Source of the DNA: Candidatus Rifleibacteriota bacterium
GTDB taxonomy: Bacteria; Muiribacteriota; Ozemobacteria; Ozemobacterales; Ozemobacteraceae
Direction: 5' to 3'
DNA: 31,543 bases
Assembly: GCA_051747585.1 (NCBI GenBank)
Contig: JBNJGH010000032.1
Span: forward strand, 1-31,543
In this document: positions 9,093 to 17,824 of the stretch, piece by piece
Position numbering within the stretch: the first letter of the stretch is position 1
How the letters are laid out: each line of letters starts with the position of its first letter
Program-made: the position numbers and the translations under genes
Notes under the pieces: model-generated
Told to the model about the DNA's origin: nothing
The model's input: the letters and a program-made list of their open reading frames with translations, nothing else
The model's database searches: none

Positions 9093-9845
9093 ATGCATAT
9101 TGACGTAGCTTTTACCCCATCTGAAGTGCAAGCCCTGGCAAGCAAGGTTTGCGTCGTAGTCGATGTCGTTCGCGCCACCTCGAGCCTTACGGTTATAATG
9201 GACCGTAAGCCGGAGAAGGTTATAGTAACCACAACTATACAAAAAGCGAACAAATTTGCTTCTCAGCAGACGGTACACCCTCTTTTGTGCGGAGAAAGGA
9301 AGGGACTTCCGCCAGAAGGATTTGATTATGGCAATAGCCCATTGAAATTTTCTCAGGCTGATCTTGACGGCAGAACCATTATTTTTACTTCAAGCAACGG
9401 AACCAGAGCCATATCTGATTTGGTGATGGCTCCTCATGTTTATCTTGGTTGTTTCCTGAATGCATCTGCCGTCGTTGAAAAATCTCTTGAAACCGCAAAT
9501 AAGAGTGATTTTGATATTTTGCTCGTTTGTGCAGGTCGTGAAGAAAAGTTTGCCATCGACGACGCCTATTGTGCAGGGTATCTGGTTTCACAGATCATGG
9601 CTTCTTTAAGCGCTTCAACTCCATTTGAATTAGGTGATGGTGGTCAGGCGGCGTTGGGCATTTACGGTTATTATCGCGACACCAGAAAGCTTCTGGAAAT
9701 GTCGGGGGCCGGCAAAGCGGTAATAGATATCGGGCTTAAGGATGATCTGGACTTTTTAATGCAAAGAGATTTGTATAAAACTGTTCCGGAACTTATCAAA
9801 AAAGATTATCCCGAGCCCTCATATGGATTTTCTCTGTTAACCTGA
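9093..9845 (+). CDS. comB: 2-phosphosulfolactate phosphatase family protein
   Basis: VVVDVVRATS, LCGERKG..PEGFDYGNSP, TSSNGTRA, GCFLNASAV, DDAYCAG. Confidence 0.9.
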   Translation: MHIDVAFTPSEVQALASKVCVVVDVVRATSSLTVIMDRKPEKVIVTTTIQKANKFASQQTVHPLLCGERKGLPPEGFDYGNSPLKFSQADLDGRTIIFTSSNGTRAISDLVMAPHVYLGCFLNASAVVEKSLETANKSDFDILLVCAGREEKFAIDDAYCAGYLVSQIMASLSASTPFELGDGGQAALGIYGYYRDTRKLLEMSGAGKAVIDIGLKDDLDFLMQRDLYKTVPELIKKDYPEPSYGFSLLT

Positions 9846-9848
9846 TTT

Positions 9849-9877
9849 TTGCCTTAAACTCTATATTTGTCTATGCT
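9849..9877 (+). promoter_or_regulatory. Putative sigma70 promoter for the HDOD gene
   Basis: TTGCCT (9849-54), 17-nt spacer, TATGCT (9872-77); AGGGAG RBS before ATG 9919. Confidence 0.45.
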
Positions 9878-9918
9878 AGTATAACAATATGATTTTTTTT
9901 AGAGGGAGTAGAACTTAG

Positions 9919-11178
9919 ATGCCGGAAAAGCACGCCTTTAAACTCAGAGATCATGGGCATAAGATTATAGAAATGATCGTGGTAGATCAGGATATAAAAA
10001 GCTCCCACGAGTCCATGAAGACCATGCCGCTGTTAACCAGAAAATTTGAAAACATAATTTTTACTCTTTCTGAAGGTGCATCTTTAAATGAAGAGGTTTT
10101 GCCGTTAATTTTAAAAGTCGGAGAATTCGGTGCGCTTAAGATTGTGGCAGAACGACCTGAAGAGCAGATCCCCTTCGATATGCATGGCATAATGGTTTTT
10201 AATGATGTTTTTGAGGCGGTTAACAGAGTAAAAGGCGAAAGAACTGCCGAACAAATACTAAAACAACTGGGTAGCGTAGGAGCTACAAAGAATAAAGCCT
10301 ATGAAGTTCTACAGCTGATGCGGAATCCGGAAGTAGAATTCGAAGATATAGAAGAAGCTGCCGGCCAGGATCCCAAATTGGTTTCCAGTATGCTTAAGAC
10401 TGCAAATACAGCTTATTTCAGCCGTAGAATGCCGGTTGAAACTCTCAGTGGTGCCGTTACTTACCTTGGGCTTGAAGGCATTAGACAATTACTGTTACAC
10501 GAAATGTTCGAAAACTTTACTCAGTTGTTTGCCAACCAGAGAGACCGGCTGGCCCACATGCGTAGATGCTCTCATCTTGCAGCCTATATTGGCAAACTGA
10601 CTAAAGCCAATATTCCTACCATAGGCAAAATCAGGGTTGCCGGGCTTATGCACGATATTGGTTCTCTGGCTTATGCCTTTTATGACGAACAAAAATATGC
10701 TCAGGTGTTACGAATGGTGCGTGGCGAAAAAATGAGTTTCGCAGAAGCCGAACACAGAGTTTTTGGGGTGGACCATACCTATCTGGGAGCTTTATATGCC
10801 CGCGAAATTGGTATGCCCGATTATGTCATTGCTGTTATCAAACAACATCATAATGCACATATTGAGTCTGATGACATAGTTTTGCAAGCAGTAGTCGGTG
10901 CCAATGGATTTTTAAACGAAAGAATCGAGCAGATACAGTGTACTGATTACGACGATACTTTTTCCTTTATTGCCGAACAGGTTAACGAGAATGATCCTGC
11001 CTACAAAGCTGCCCAGTCTAAACCGGAAGAACCCTCGGGTGAAGGAAGTGAAGACCAGGAAACGGGCGAAATCGTGGCGCAATTGCAAGCTGGTTTTAAA
11101 CCCATGCAATTGTATGGTCTTCTTAAAGAAGAACTCGATCAGTTTATGATGTCGGGAGCCAATGCACAAGGGTTTTAA
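9919..11178 (+). CDS. HDOD domain protein with N-terminal STAS-like region
   Basis: QDPKLVSSMLKTANTAYF, AVTYLG, AGLMHDIG, AEHRVFGVDHTYLGA and IKQHH are the HDOD signature motifs. Confidence 0.88.
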   Translation: MPEKHAFKLRDHGHKIIEMIVVDQDIKSSHESMKTMPLLTRKFENIIFTLSEGASLNEEVLPLILKVGEFGALKIVAERPEEQIPFDMHGIMVFNDVFEAVNRVKGERTAEQILKQLGSVGATKNKAYEVLQLMRNPEVEFEDIEEAAGQDPKLVSSMLKTANTAYFSRRMPVETLSGAVTYLGLEGIRQLLLHEMFENFTQLFANQRDRLAHMRRCSHLAAYIGKLTKANIPTIGKIRVAGLMHDIGSLAYAFYDEQKYAQVLRMVRGEKMSFAEAEHRVFGVDHTYLGALYAREIGMPDYVIAVIKQHHNAHIESDDIVLQAVVGANGFLNERIEQIQCTDYDDTFSFIAEQVNENDPAYKAAQSKPEEPSGEGSEDQETGEIVAQLQAGFKPMQLYGLLKEELDQFMMSGANAQGF

Positions 11179-11254
11179 CTGGACAACTATACCCAATTGA
11201 GCTAAACTTTTAATAGAGGGATCTAAAAAGTTGTACGCAAGGAGGCGTATTATT

Positions 11255-11950
11255 ATGGCAGGACCAGTAAATAACAATCCTTATTTGCAACAGGTTCTAT
11301 TTCAAAACCTGTCTTCTGCGAATGTGCAGCCTGACCAGTTAAAAAATTCATCTAATCTCATTTCTTCTGCTTATTCGGCAAAAGCCGGGATTGCAACAAT
11401 TTCTGCAAATGGCGCAAAAATTAACAACGTAAGCCAAGCAATTCGTCAATCAGGAGATGCTCAGGCTTACGAAGGTTTCCAGAAGGCTGTTACCCAGGCA
11501 AGCTCGGGAGATAATCCGCTTAATTTAATCAGATTTTCTACCAGTGCTGACTATCTTGCTAAAAACGACGCACAAAGTCTTGAGCAGGCTTTTTCTTCAA
11601 TGGCAGACAGCTTGTCTGCAACAGAAGATAACAGTAACTTTATCAGCGCATTTAATTCTGCTTTCACCTCTACAATAGAGCAGAGCGGAACAGGGGGCGC
11701 GCAGCTCTTTAGCGAAGGAATAAATGCTGTTAAAGAGGGAGACTATACTTCATCATCGGTCAGCCAGTCGCAGAATTTACAAAAATACTTTTCTCTGGTT
11801 AACCAGATTAATGCAGGTTCAGAATCATCTGAAGAGGCAAATTCGTATCTTAAGGACCTTGTAAGGGGAATACATGTTGGTGATTCAGGTGATGGAATCT
11901 GGGAGTTCTTCAATGACTTCACAGGTCCCGACCCAGATAAGATTGGCTAG
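11255..11950 (+). CDS. Hypothetical Ser/Asn/Ala/Gln-rich protein
   Basis: AAGGAGG RBS at 11239-11245 before ATG 11255 (MAGPVNNNPY...). No Sec signal peptide and no recognised family. Confidence 0.8.
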   Translation: MAGPVNNNPYLQQVLFQNLSSANVQPDQLKNSSNLISSAYSAKAGIATISANGAKINNVSQAIRQSGDAQAYEGFQKAVTQASSGDNPLNLIRFSTSADYLAKNDAQSLEQAFSSMADSLSATEDNSNFISAFNSAFTSTIEQSGTGGAQLFSEGINAVKEGDYTSSSVSQSQNLQKYFSLVNQINAGSESSEEANSYLKDLVRGIHVGDSGDGIWEFFNDFTGPDPDKIG

Positions 11951-12009
11951 AAAGTTGTCTGTCCTGAATTATTGTGCTATTAATTGCTAAAACACTTTAA
12001 GAGTACGGT

Positions 12010-12903
12010 ATGCAATTGCTAAAAAAGATATGGGAATTTTTACAGCATATATATAATCGAATTTCAGAAACCCGAGTTCTGGAGGCTGCTGCAGCGATTG
12101 CTTACTATGCGATTTTTTCATTTTTTCCACTTGTTCTTTTTATTGTAGCTTTTAATGCATCTTTTTTAAAAAGCCCTGAAGTGCAGGCACAAATCTTGAA
12201 GTTTGCCGACAGCTATCTGCCCGGTTCAGAAGGCATGGTGCAGGCCAATATCACCCACCTCATTCAAGCAAGTGGAACTGTGGGAATTCTTGGTACAATT
12301 GTGCTGCTTTGGTCTGCAACTCTTGTTTTTGCAGGGTTTTCTCAGAATATAAACTTGGCCTGGACCCATGCAGAAAGTCGACATTTTTTGACCGAACGGC
12401 TGATCGGCTTAATGATGATCGGTATGGTAATTATTTTTCTGATACTTATTCTTATATTCAATACCCTTATCGATATTTTGCCCAAATTCTTTCCGAATAT
12501 GGTTGGCCATTATCTTAATACCATGTCTGGACTGAACCATTTGCTGATTGATTATCTGCCATTTCTGACCATTTTTTGCCTTTTTGTTGTGGTTTATCGC
12601 TATGTTCCAAATGTAAAGGTGCTTTGGCGCGAAGCTTTTGTCGGCGCATTTTTTGCCGCAGTAGCTTTAGAGCTTACCAAAACAGGTTTTGTCTGGTATC
12701 TATCACTCGGAACCAGCAGCTACCAGGTAATTTATGGTTCTTTAGGGGCAGTTGTAGCTTTTATGCTCTGGATTTATATTTCAGCCAGCATAATTTTAAT
12801 TGGCGGGCATCTTTGCGCAGCAACTGCTCATTATATTCGCCCGGAAGAAATGAAGATAATTGAAAATGCCAAAGATCCGGAAGTGGTTGAATCCCTTTCT
12901 TGA
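12010..12903 (+). CDS. YihY/virulence factor BrkB family inner membrane protein
   Basis: AAAIAYYAIFSFFP, YRYVPN, YQVIYGSLGAVVAFMLWIYISASIILIG; about six TM helices. Confidence 0.93.
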   Translation: MQLLKKIWEFLQHIYNRISETRVLEAAAAIAYYAIFSFFPLVLFIVAFNASFLKSPEVQAQILKFADSYLPGSEGMVQANITHLIQASGTVGILGTIVLLWSATLVFAGFSQNINLAWTHAESRHFLTERLIGLMMIGMVIIFLILILIFNTLIDILPKFFPNMVGHYLNTMSGLNHLLIDYLPFLTIFCLFVVVYRYVPNVKVLWREAFVGAFFAAVALELTKTGFVWYLSLGTSSYQVIYGSLGAVVAFMLWIYISASIILIGGHLCAATAHYIRPEEMKIIENAKDPEVVESLS

Positions 12904-12911
12904 ATTTTAAT

Positions 12912-15068
12912 TTACCAGCGTTCTCTGGCTTTTTTTTCGCTTTTCATAGATAAAGAAATGCGTTTTCTGGGAATGTCCACTTCCAGAACTCTAACCATGA
13001 CTTTCTGCTGAACCTTCACCACATCTGCAGGATCTTTTACAAACTTATCAGCCAGTTCGCTTATATGTACAAGCCCGTCCTGGTGAACTCCTACGTCTAC
13101 AAAAGCGCCAAACCTGGTTACGTTGGTAACAATTCCGGGAATTGAAATTCCGGGTTTGAGGTCTTTGATTTCGTTAATTCCTTCGGCAAAAGAAAAAATC
13201 TCGAATTGTTCGCGGGGGTCTCGGCCCGGTCTTGCCAGCTCAGACAATATGTCTTTAAGCGTGGGCAGGCCAACTTTGTCTGTTTGATATTTTTCGATGA
13301 CAATTTGCTGTCTGAGCTGATCTTTGCTTAAAAGGTCTTTAATGCCGCAGTTCAGGTCCTGCGCCATTTTTTTTACGATACTGTAACTTTCAGGGTGTAC
13401 AGCACTTTCGTCGAGCAAATTTTTGCTGCCCCTGACCCTTAAAAATCCGGCGGCCTGTTCGAAAGCTTTGGGCCCAAGGCGCTTTACCTTTTTTAATTCT
13501 GCTCTGCTTTTAAAAGGGCCATTTTCATCTCGATATAAAACGATGTTTTTGGCCAGTTGCGGACCCAGCCCGGAAACATAGCTCAGTAGCTGCTTGCTTG
13601 CCGTATTTACTTCAACCCCTACTTTGTTAACACAGCTGCTTACCACATCATCCAGACTTTTTTTCAATTGTGTCTGATCGACATCATGTTGATACTGGCC
13701 TACTCCAATTGATTTAGCATCAATTTTAACCAGCTCTGCGAGCGGGTCCATGAGCCTTCTGCCAATGGAGACCGCCCCTCTTACGGTGAGGTCGAGATCG
13801 GGAAATTCCTCCCGGGCAGTTTCTGAAGCCGAATAAATCGAAGCCCCGCTTTCGTTAACCACAATTATTAAAATTTTGTCGTCAAGATTCAGACTGCGGA
13901 AAAATGTTTCCGTTTCTCTGCTGGCAGTTCCATTGCCTATGGCAACAGCTTCTATAGCGTATTTCTCAATAAGATCTTTTACATGTTTTGCAGAGGCTGC
14001 TTTTGCCTGCTCTGACTGACTGATATAAATAACCGAGTTTTCGAGCAACTTACCTTGCTGATCAAGACAGACAAGTTTACAGCCGGTGCGAAATCCCGGA
14101 TCTATTGCCATAACAGACTTCTGGCCCAGAGCCGGTGACATAAGCAGCTGGCGAAGATTTTCGGCAAATACCTGAATTGCTTCTGTCTCTGCTGCTTCTC
14201 TGAGTTGTTTGCGCGTTTCATTCTCGATCGAAGGGCACAAAAGTCTTTTGTATGAGTCTTCGATTGCTGTTCTAACCTCTTCCCAGCTTGGGCAGAATTC
14301 TTTGCGAAAGAATTTTGAAAGGCCACGAACTGCTTTTTCTGCATCAGGAGCAATGTTTACTCTGAGTATCCCTTCTTTTTCGCCTCGCAGAATTGCAAGA
14401 AGTCGATGCCCTGCTATACGGTTTACCGGTTCCTGCCAGTCAAAATAGTCTTTGAATTTGCTTTCTTCGCTTTCTTTTCCTTTTACCGCCTTTGAAGTTA
14501 AAACTGCCTGGTTCATAAAAATCTTACGCAATGCTTCTCTTACTTCACGGTTTTCGCTGACTTTTTCGGCTATTATATCCCGGGCTCCCTGAAGCGCTTC
14601 TTCTGCCGAGGCAACCTTTAATTCCTCATTTACATACTTTTCAGCTTCAGTAAGAGGTTCAATTGCTTGATTTTGAGCAAAAATCATGTCGGCAAGGGGT
14701 TCCAGGCCTTTCTCTCTGGCAATCTGAGCTTTGGTTCTTTTTTTAGGTTTATATGGAAGATAAATATCTTCTAATTCATTGAGAGTTTTTGCAATTTGAA
14801 TTTGCTGGTCAAGCTCATCAGTGAGTAATTCTCTTTCTTTGAGCGACTTGATAATCGAATCACGGCGTTTGTCGAGTTCAGCGAAAGCCTCGAGTCGGTC
14901 GCGGATTTTCTGAATCTCGACTTCGTCTAAAGACCCGGTTCTCTCTTTGCGATATCGAGCAATAAACGGAACTGTGCCGCCTTCTTCAATTAGCTGAGCC
15001 GTCGCCATTACCTGAACAGGTTTTATATTTAATTCCTGCGCAATTTGTGCAGAATATTTGTCTTCCAT
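12912..15068 (-). CDS. tex: Tex family RNA-binding transcriptional accessory protein
   Basis: TVPFIARYRKERTGSLDE, IDPGFRTGCK, VNESGASIYSAS, SIGVGQYQHDV, HhH motifs, C-terminal S1 domain (FGAFVDVGVHQDGLVHISEL). GAGGTGA RBS. Confidence 0.96.
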   Translation of the reverse strand: MEDKYSAQIAQELNIKPVQVMATAQLIEEGGTVPFIARYRKERTGSLDEVEIQKIRDRLEAFAELDKRRDSIIKSLKERELLTDELDQQIQIAKTLNELEDIYLPYKPKKRTKAQIAREKGLEPLADMIFAQNQAIEPLTEAEKYVNEELKVASAEEALQGARDIIAEKVSENREVREALRKIFMNQAVLTSKAVKGKESEESKFKDYFDWQEPVNRIAGHRLLAILRGEKEGILRVNIAPDAEKAVRGLSKFFRKEFCPSWEEVRTAIEDSYKRLLCPSIENETRKQLREAAETEAIQVFAENLRQLLMSPALGQKSVMAIDPGFRTGCKLVCLDQQGKLLENSVIYISQSEQAKAASAKHVKDLIEKYAIEAVAIGNGTASRETETFFRSLNLDDKILIIVVNESGASIYSASETAREEFPDLDLTVRGAVSIGRRLMDPLAELVKIDAKSIGVGQYQHDVDQTQLKKSLDDVVSSCVNKVGVEVNTASKQLLSYVSGLGPQLAKNIVLYRDENGPFKSRAELKKVKRLGPKAFEQAAGFLRVRGSKNLLDESAVHPESYSIVKKMAQDLNCGIKDLLSKDQLRQQIVIEKYQTDKVGLPTLKDILSELARPGRDPREQFEIFSFAEGINEIKDLKPGISIPGIVTNVTRFGAFVDVGVHQDGLVHISELADKFVKDPADVVKVQQKVMVRVLEVDIPRKRISLSMKSEKKARERW

Positions 15069-15144
15069 TTCGTCACCTCGTGAGCATTTTGCTTTATTCT
15101 ATATCTTTACTTCGATCAAAGGTCAAGACCCGCAAGTTATTCTC

Positions 15145-15353
<209 letters not shown>

Positions 15354-15363
15354 TTTTAATAGC

Positions 15364-15418
15364 GTCATTGCGAGGAGTTCTGCGAAGCTTTATGCGAAGC
15401 AGAACGACGAAGCAATCT
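15364..15418 (+). repeat. 55-bp palindromic REP-like element, family A, copy 2
   Basis: 50/55 identical to 111-165. Perfect inner stem GTTCTGC/GCAGAAC. Confidence 0.9.
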
Positions 15419-15626
15419 AAATCGTGCTCGTAATCGTCTTAAATTATAATTTGATTGCCGGGTAAATAAGAGAAATTAGTAATAAATACCTGAGAACTGA
15501 TAAAAAACCGGAATGAAGATAAACATCGAAAGTTCAAGGCATAAATAGTGCTTCAGGGGTGTTTGGGTATTTTGCGATAAATATCCTATAATATTTTTCA
15601 TTAATTACTGGAGCTGGAGTCAAAGT

Positions 15627-16442
15627 ATGAATTTTTCTCGCATTTTCACTAAAGAATATGTAAAGGTAGGGTTGAAATTTAAAGACCGCGATGAAGCGCT
15701 GAAAAAAGTAGCCCAGATTGCAAGAAATAGCCCCTATTCGGACTCTGTAACAGAATTGGAGATTTTTGACGCTCTCAGAGATCGAGAAAACCTTTGCTCT
15801 ACCGGCTTCGGACAAGGGGTTGCAATTCCTCACTGCAAACTTCCCGGAATTAAAGATTTTATTATCGGAATAATAACTGTTCCTGATGGTGTTGATTTTG
15901 ATGCCATAGACCATAAAGATATAAGGCTTATTGTCTTTTTGATCGGACCGGAAGATGAAATTAATGAACATATCAGACTTCTCGCCCTTATTGCTAAAAG
16001 GTTGAATGAGCCCGAAATATTAGATCGCCTGGTAGAAGGCAACTCTGCTGAAGAACTTATACATTACTTTGAAAACAGCAAAAGGTCTGATTTGCCCACT
16101 CATTGTGCCCACTACGGCCATGAGCTTATGCAGATCTGTGTGCAGGACGAAGACTGGTTCAATGAGATTCTTCAAATTTTAACCGGCTACGAGGACAGCC
16201 AGGTTGTAATACTCGATGCAGAATATGAAGGAAGTTATCTGGTTCGGATTCCATTTTTTTCGAACGTATGGAACGATAAAGAACATAAATTCTGCAAAGT
16301 AATTCAGGCTACTGTTGAGCAAAGCAGCTCGGGTGAGATAATTCGCAGTATCGACCGACTTGTCGATGGTCTGAAAGATTGCAACAGGGTTATGTTAACT
16401 CTCCACCCCATAAGCTTTATGGCGGGGTCATTACAGCTTTAA
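15627..16442 (+). CDS. PTS EIIA (Fru/Ntr type) domain fused to a C-terminal PII-like domain
   Basis: DRENLCSTGFGQGVAIPHC contains the phosphoacceptor His; VDFDAIDHKDIRLIVFLIGP; HIRLLALIA. About 110 extra C-terminal residues with a ferredoxin/PII-like pattern. GGAG RBS. Confidence 0.85.
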   Translation: MNFSRIFTKEYVKVGLKFKDRDEALKKVAQIARNSPYSDSVTELEIFDALRDRENLCSTGFGQGVAIPHCKLPGIKDFIIGIITVPDGVDFDAIDHKDIRLIVFLIGPEDEINEHIRLLALIAKRLNEPEILDRLVEGNSAEELIHYFENSKRSDLPTHCAHYGHELMQICVQDEDWFNEILQILTGYEDSQVVILDAEYEGSYLVRIPFFSNVWNDKEHKFCKVIQATVEQSSSGEIIRSIDRLVDGLKDCNRVMLTLHPISFMAGSLQL

Positions 16443-16464
16443 ACACAGTATTGGAGACAAAATA

Positions 16465-17697
16465 ATGCACGGCTTTTTTTCTGAATTGACCGTTTTGGGT
16501 ATTCTAACCCTTCTGGGACATTTTTTAGGTAAATTAACCAAATATGTAAGATTGCCATCTATAATTGGATACATGCTTCTGGGGGTTCTGCTTGGTACAT
16601 CTGTTTTTGAGCTTCTCGATGAAAAAGCTCTTATTGGTCTTGAATTTATAAATAATATTGTTCTTGGCATTGTAGCTTTCGGCATAGGTGCAGAGCTTAA
16701 TATCAAGGCTCTGCGAAAACTTGGGGGTGGCATAGTCTCGATTATACTTGCCGAATCTTTTGTTGCATTTTTTCTCGTTACTGGAGTTATTTATCTGGTT
16801 ACCAAAGATTTGCCAATGGCTTTGATATATGGCGCAATGGCCCCGGCCAGCGCACCTGCCGGCACCGTAGCCGTAATTCAGGAGACAAAGGCACGAGGGA
16901 AACTTACTAAGGCTTTGTATGCGGTTGTTGGTTTTGATGATGGCTTGGCAATAGTAATTTTTGGCTTTGCCTTCGCTCTAGCTAAAAATATTCTGGCTTC
17001 TGAATTACCCGGTGCTGAGACTCCGGGAATCATTGAGCTGATGATGCCGCCCCTTAAGGAAATTTTTCTCAGTTGTCTGTTCGGACTGGTAATTGGCAGT
17101 ATTTTTCTTTTTTTTATTCGTAATGCTAAAAGGGACTCAGATATTCTGGTTCTTATCTTTGGCACAGTCTTTATTGCTACCGGAGTTTCGGTTGATCACC
17201 ATATGTCATTGTTTTTGACAAATATGACTGTTGGCTTTCTTTTTGCCAATGCTATTCATCCGCGCAAAGTTCATCAGGTTATGCATTCACTCTCTTATAT
17301 GATGCCAATGCTCTTTATCTGGTTCTTCAGTCTTGCCGGCGCACATCTAGAGCTTGGTAAACTGCCTCAGCTTGGTATGCTTGGGCTGGTCTATGTAATT
17401 GCCAGAATTGTCGGTCTGACCTCTGGAGCTTTTCTTGGCGGAAGTATTGGTGGTGTTGATCCGAAAGTTAAAAAATGGCTGGGTATGGGAATCTTGTCAC
17501 AGGCCGGGGTGGCAATCGGACTTTCACTTATTGTCAGAAATGACTTTGCTGCAATGAACTCAGCTCGTGGTATTGAAATCGGGGCTGCGATAATAACTAC
17601 TATTACCGCAACCTGTATCGTTTTTGAACTTATTGGCCCGATTTGTACCCGCTTTGCCCTTGAAAAAGCAGGAGAGATTCCTAAAAAGCAAAGTTGA
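16465..17697 (+). CDS. Cation:proton antiporter (Na_H_Exchanger/CPA family)
   Basis: About 12 TM helices; LPSIIGYMLLGVLLG, FGIGAELN, ASAPAGT, VVGFDD, SQAGVAIGL, ELIGP. GGAG RBS. Confidence 0.93.
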   Translation: MHGFFSELTVLGILTLLGHFLGKLTKYVRLPSIIGYMLLGVLLGTSVFELLDEKALIGLEFINNIVLGIVAFGIGAELNIKALRKLGGGIVSIILAESFVAFFLVTGVIYLVTKDLPMALIYGAMAPASAPAGTVAVIQETKARGKLTKALYAVVGFDDGLAIVIFGFAFALAKNILASELPGAETPGIIELMMPPLKEIFLSCLFGLVIGSIFLFFIRNAKRDSDILVLIFGTVFIATGVSVDHHMSLFLTNMTVGFLFANAIHPRKVHQVMHSLSYMMPMLFIWFFSLAGAHLELGKLPQLGMLGLVYVIARIVGLTSGAFLGGSIGGVDPKVKKWLGMGILSQAGVAIGLSLIVRNDFAAMNSARGIEIGAAIITTITATCIVFELIGPICTRFALEKAGEIPKKQS

Positions 17698-17747
17698 AAC
17701 GGCATCAATTAAACTGTAATATTCTTTTATAGCAAAATTATATTTGC

Positions 17748-17776
17748 TTGAGATAAAACCAAAATTTTGGTAATAT
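17748..17776 (+). promoter_or_regulatory. Putative sigma70 promoter for the TolC-fusion gene
   Basis: TTGAGA (17748-53), 17-nt spacer, TAATAT (17771-76) preceded by TG. Confidence 0.45.
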
Positions 17777-17824
17777 AAAGTAATACGAATTGTGCTTTCA
17801 TATCTGTGTTCCGGAGGTTGCGTT

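Noticed and set aside
9093..9845. comB as evidence of coenzyme M biosynthesis
   Set aside because: No comA/C/D/E genes are in the window, and stand-alone ComB-family phosphatases are common in bacteria.
11201..11230. Sigma28 promoter upstream of the Ser/Asn-rich orphan
   Set aside because: TAAA is present, but the sequence 15 nt downstream (TCTAAAAA) is a poor match to GCCGATAA.
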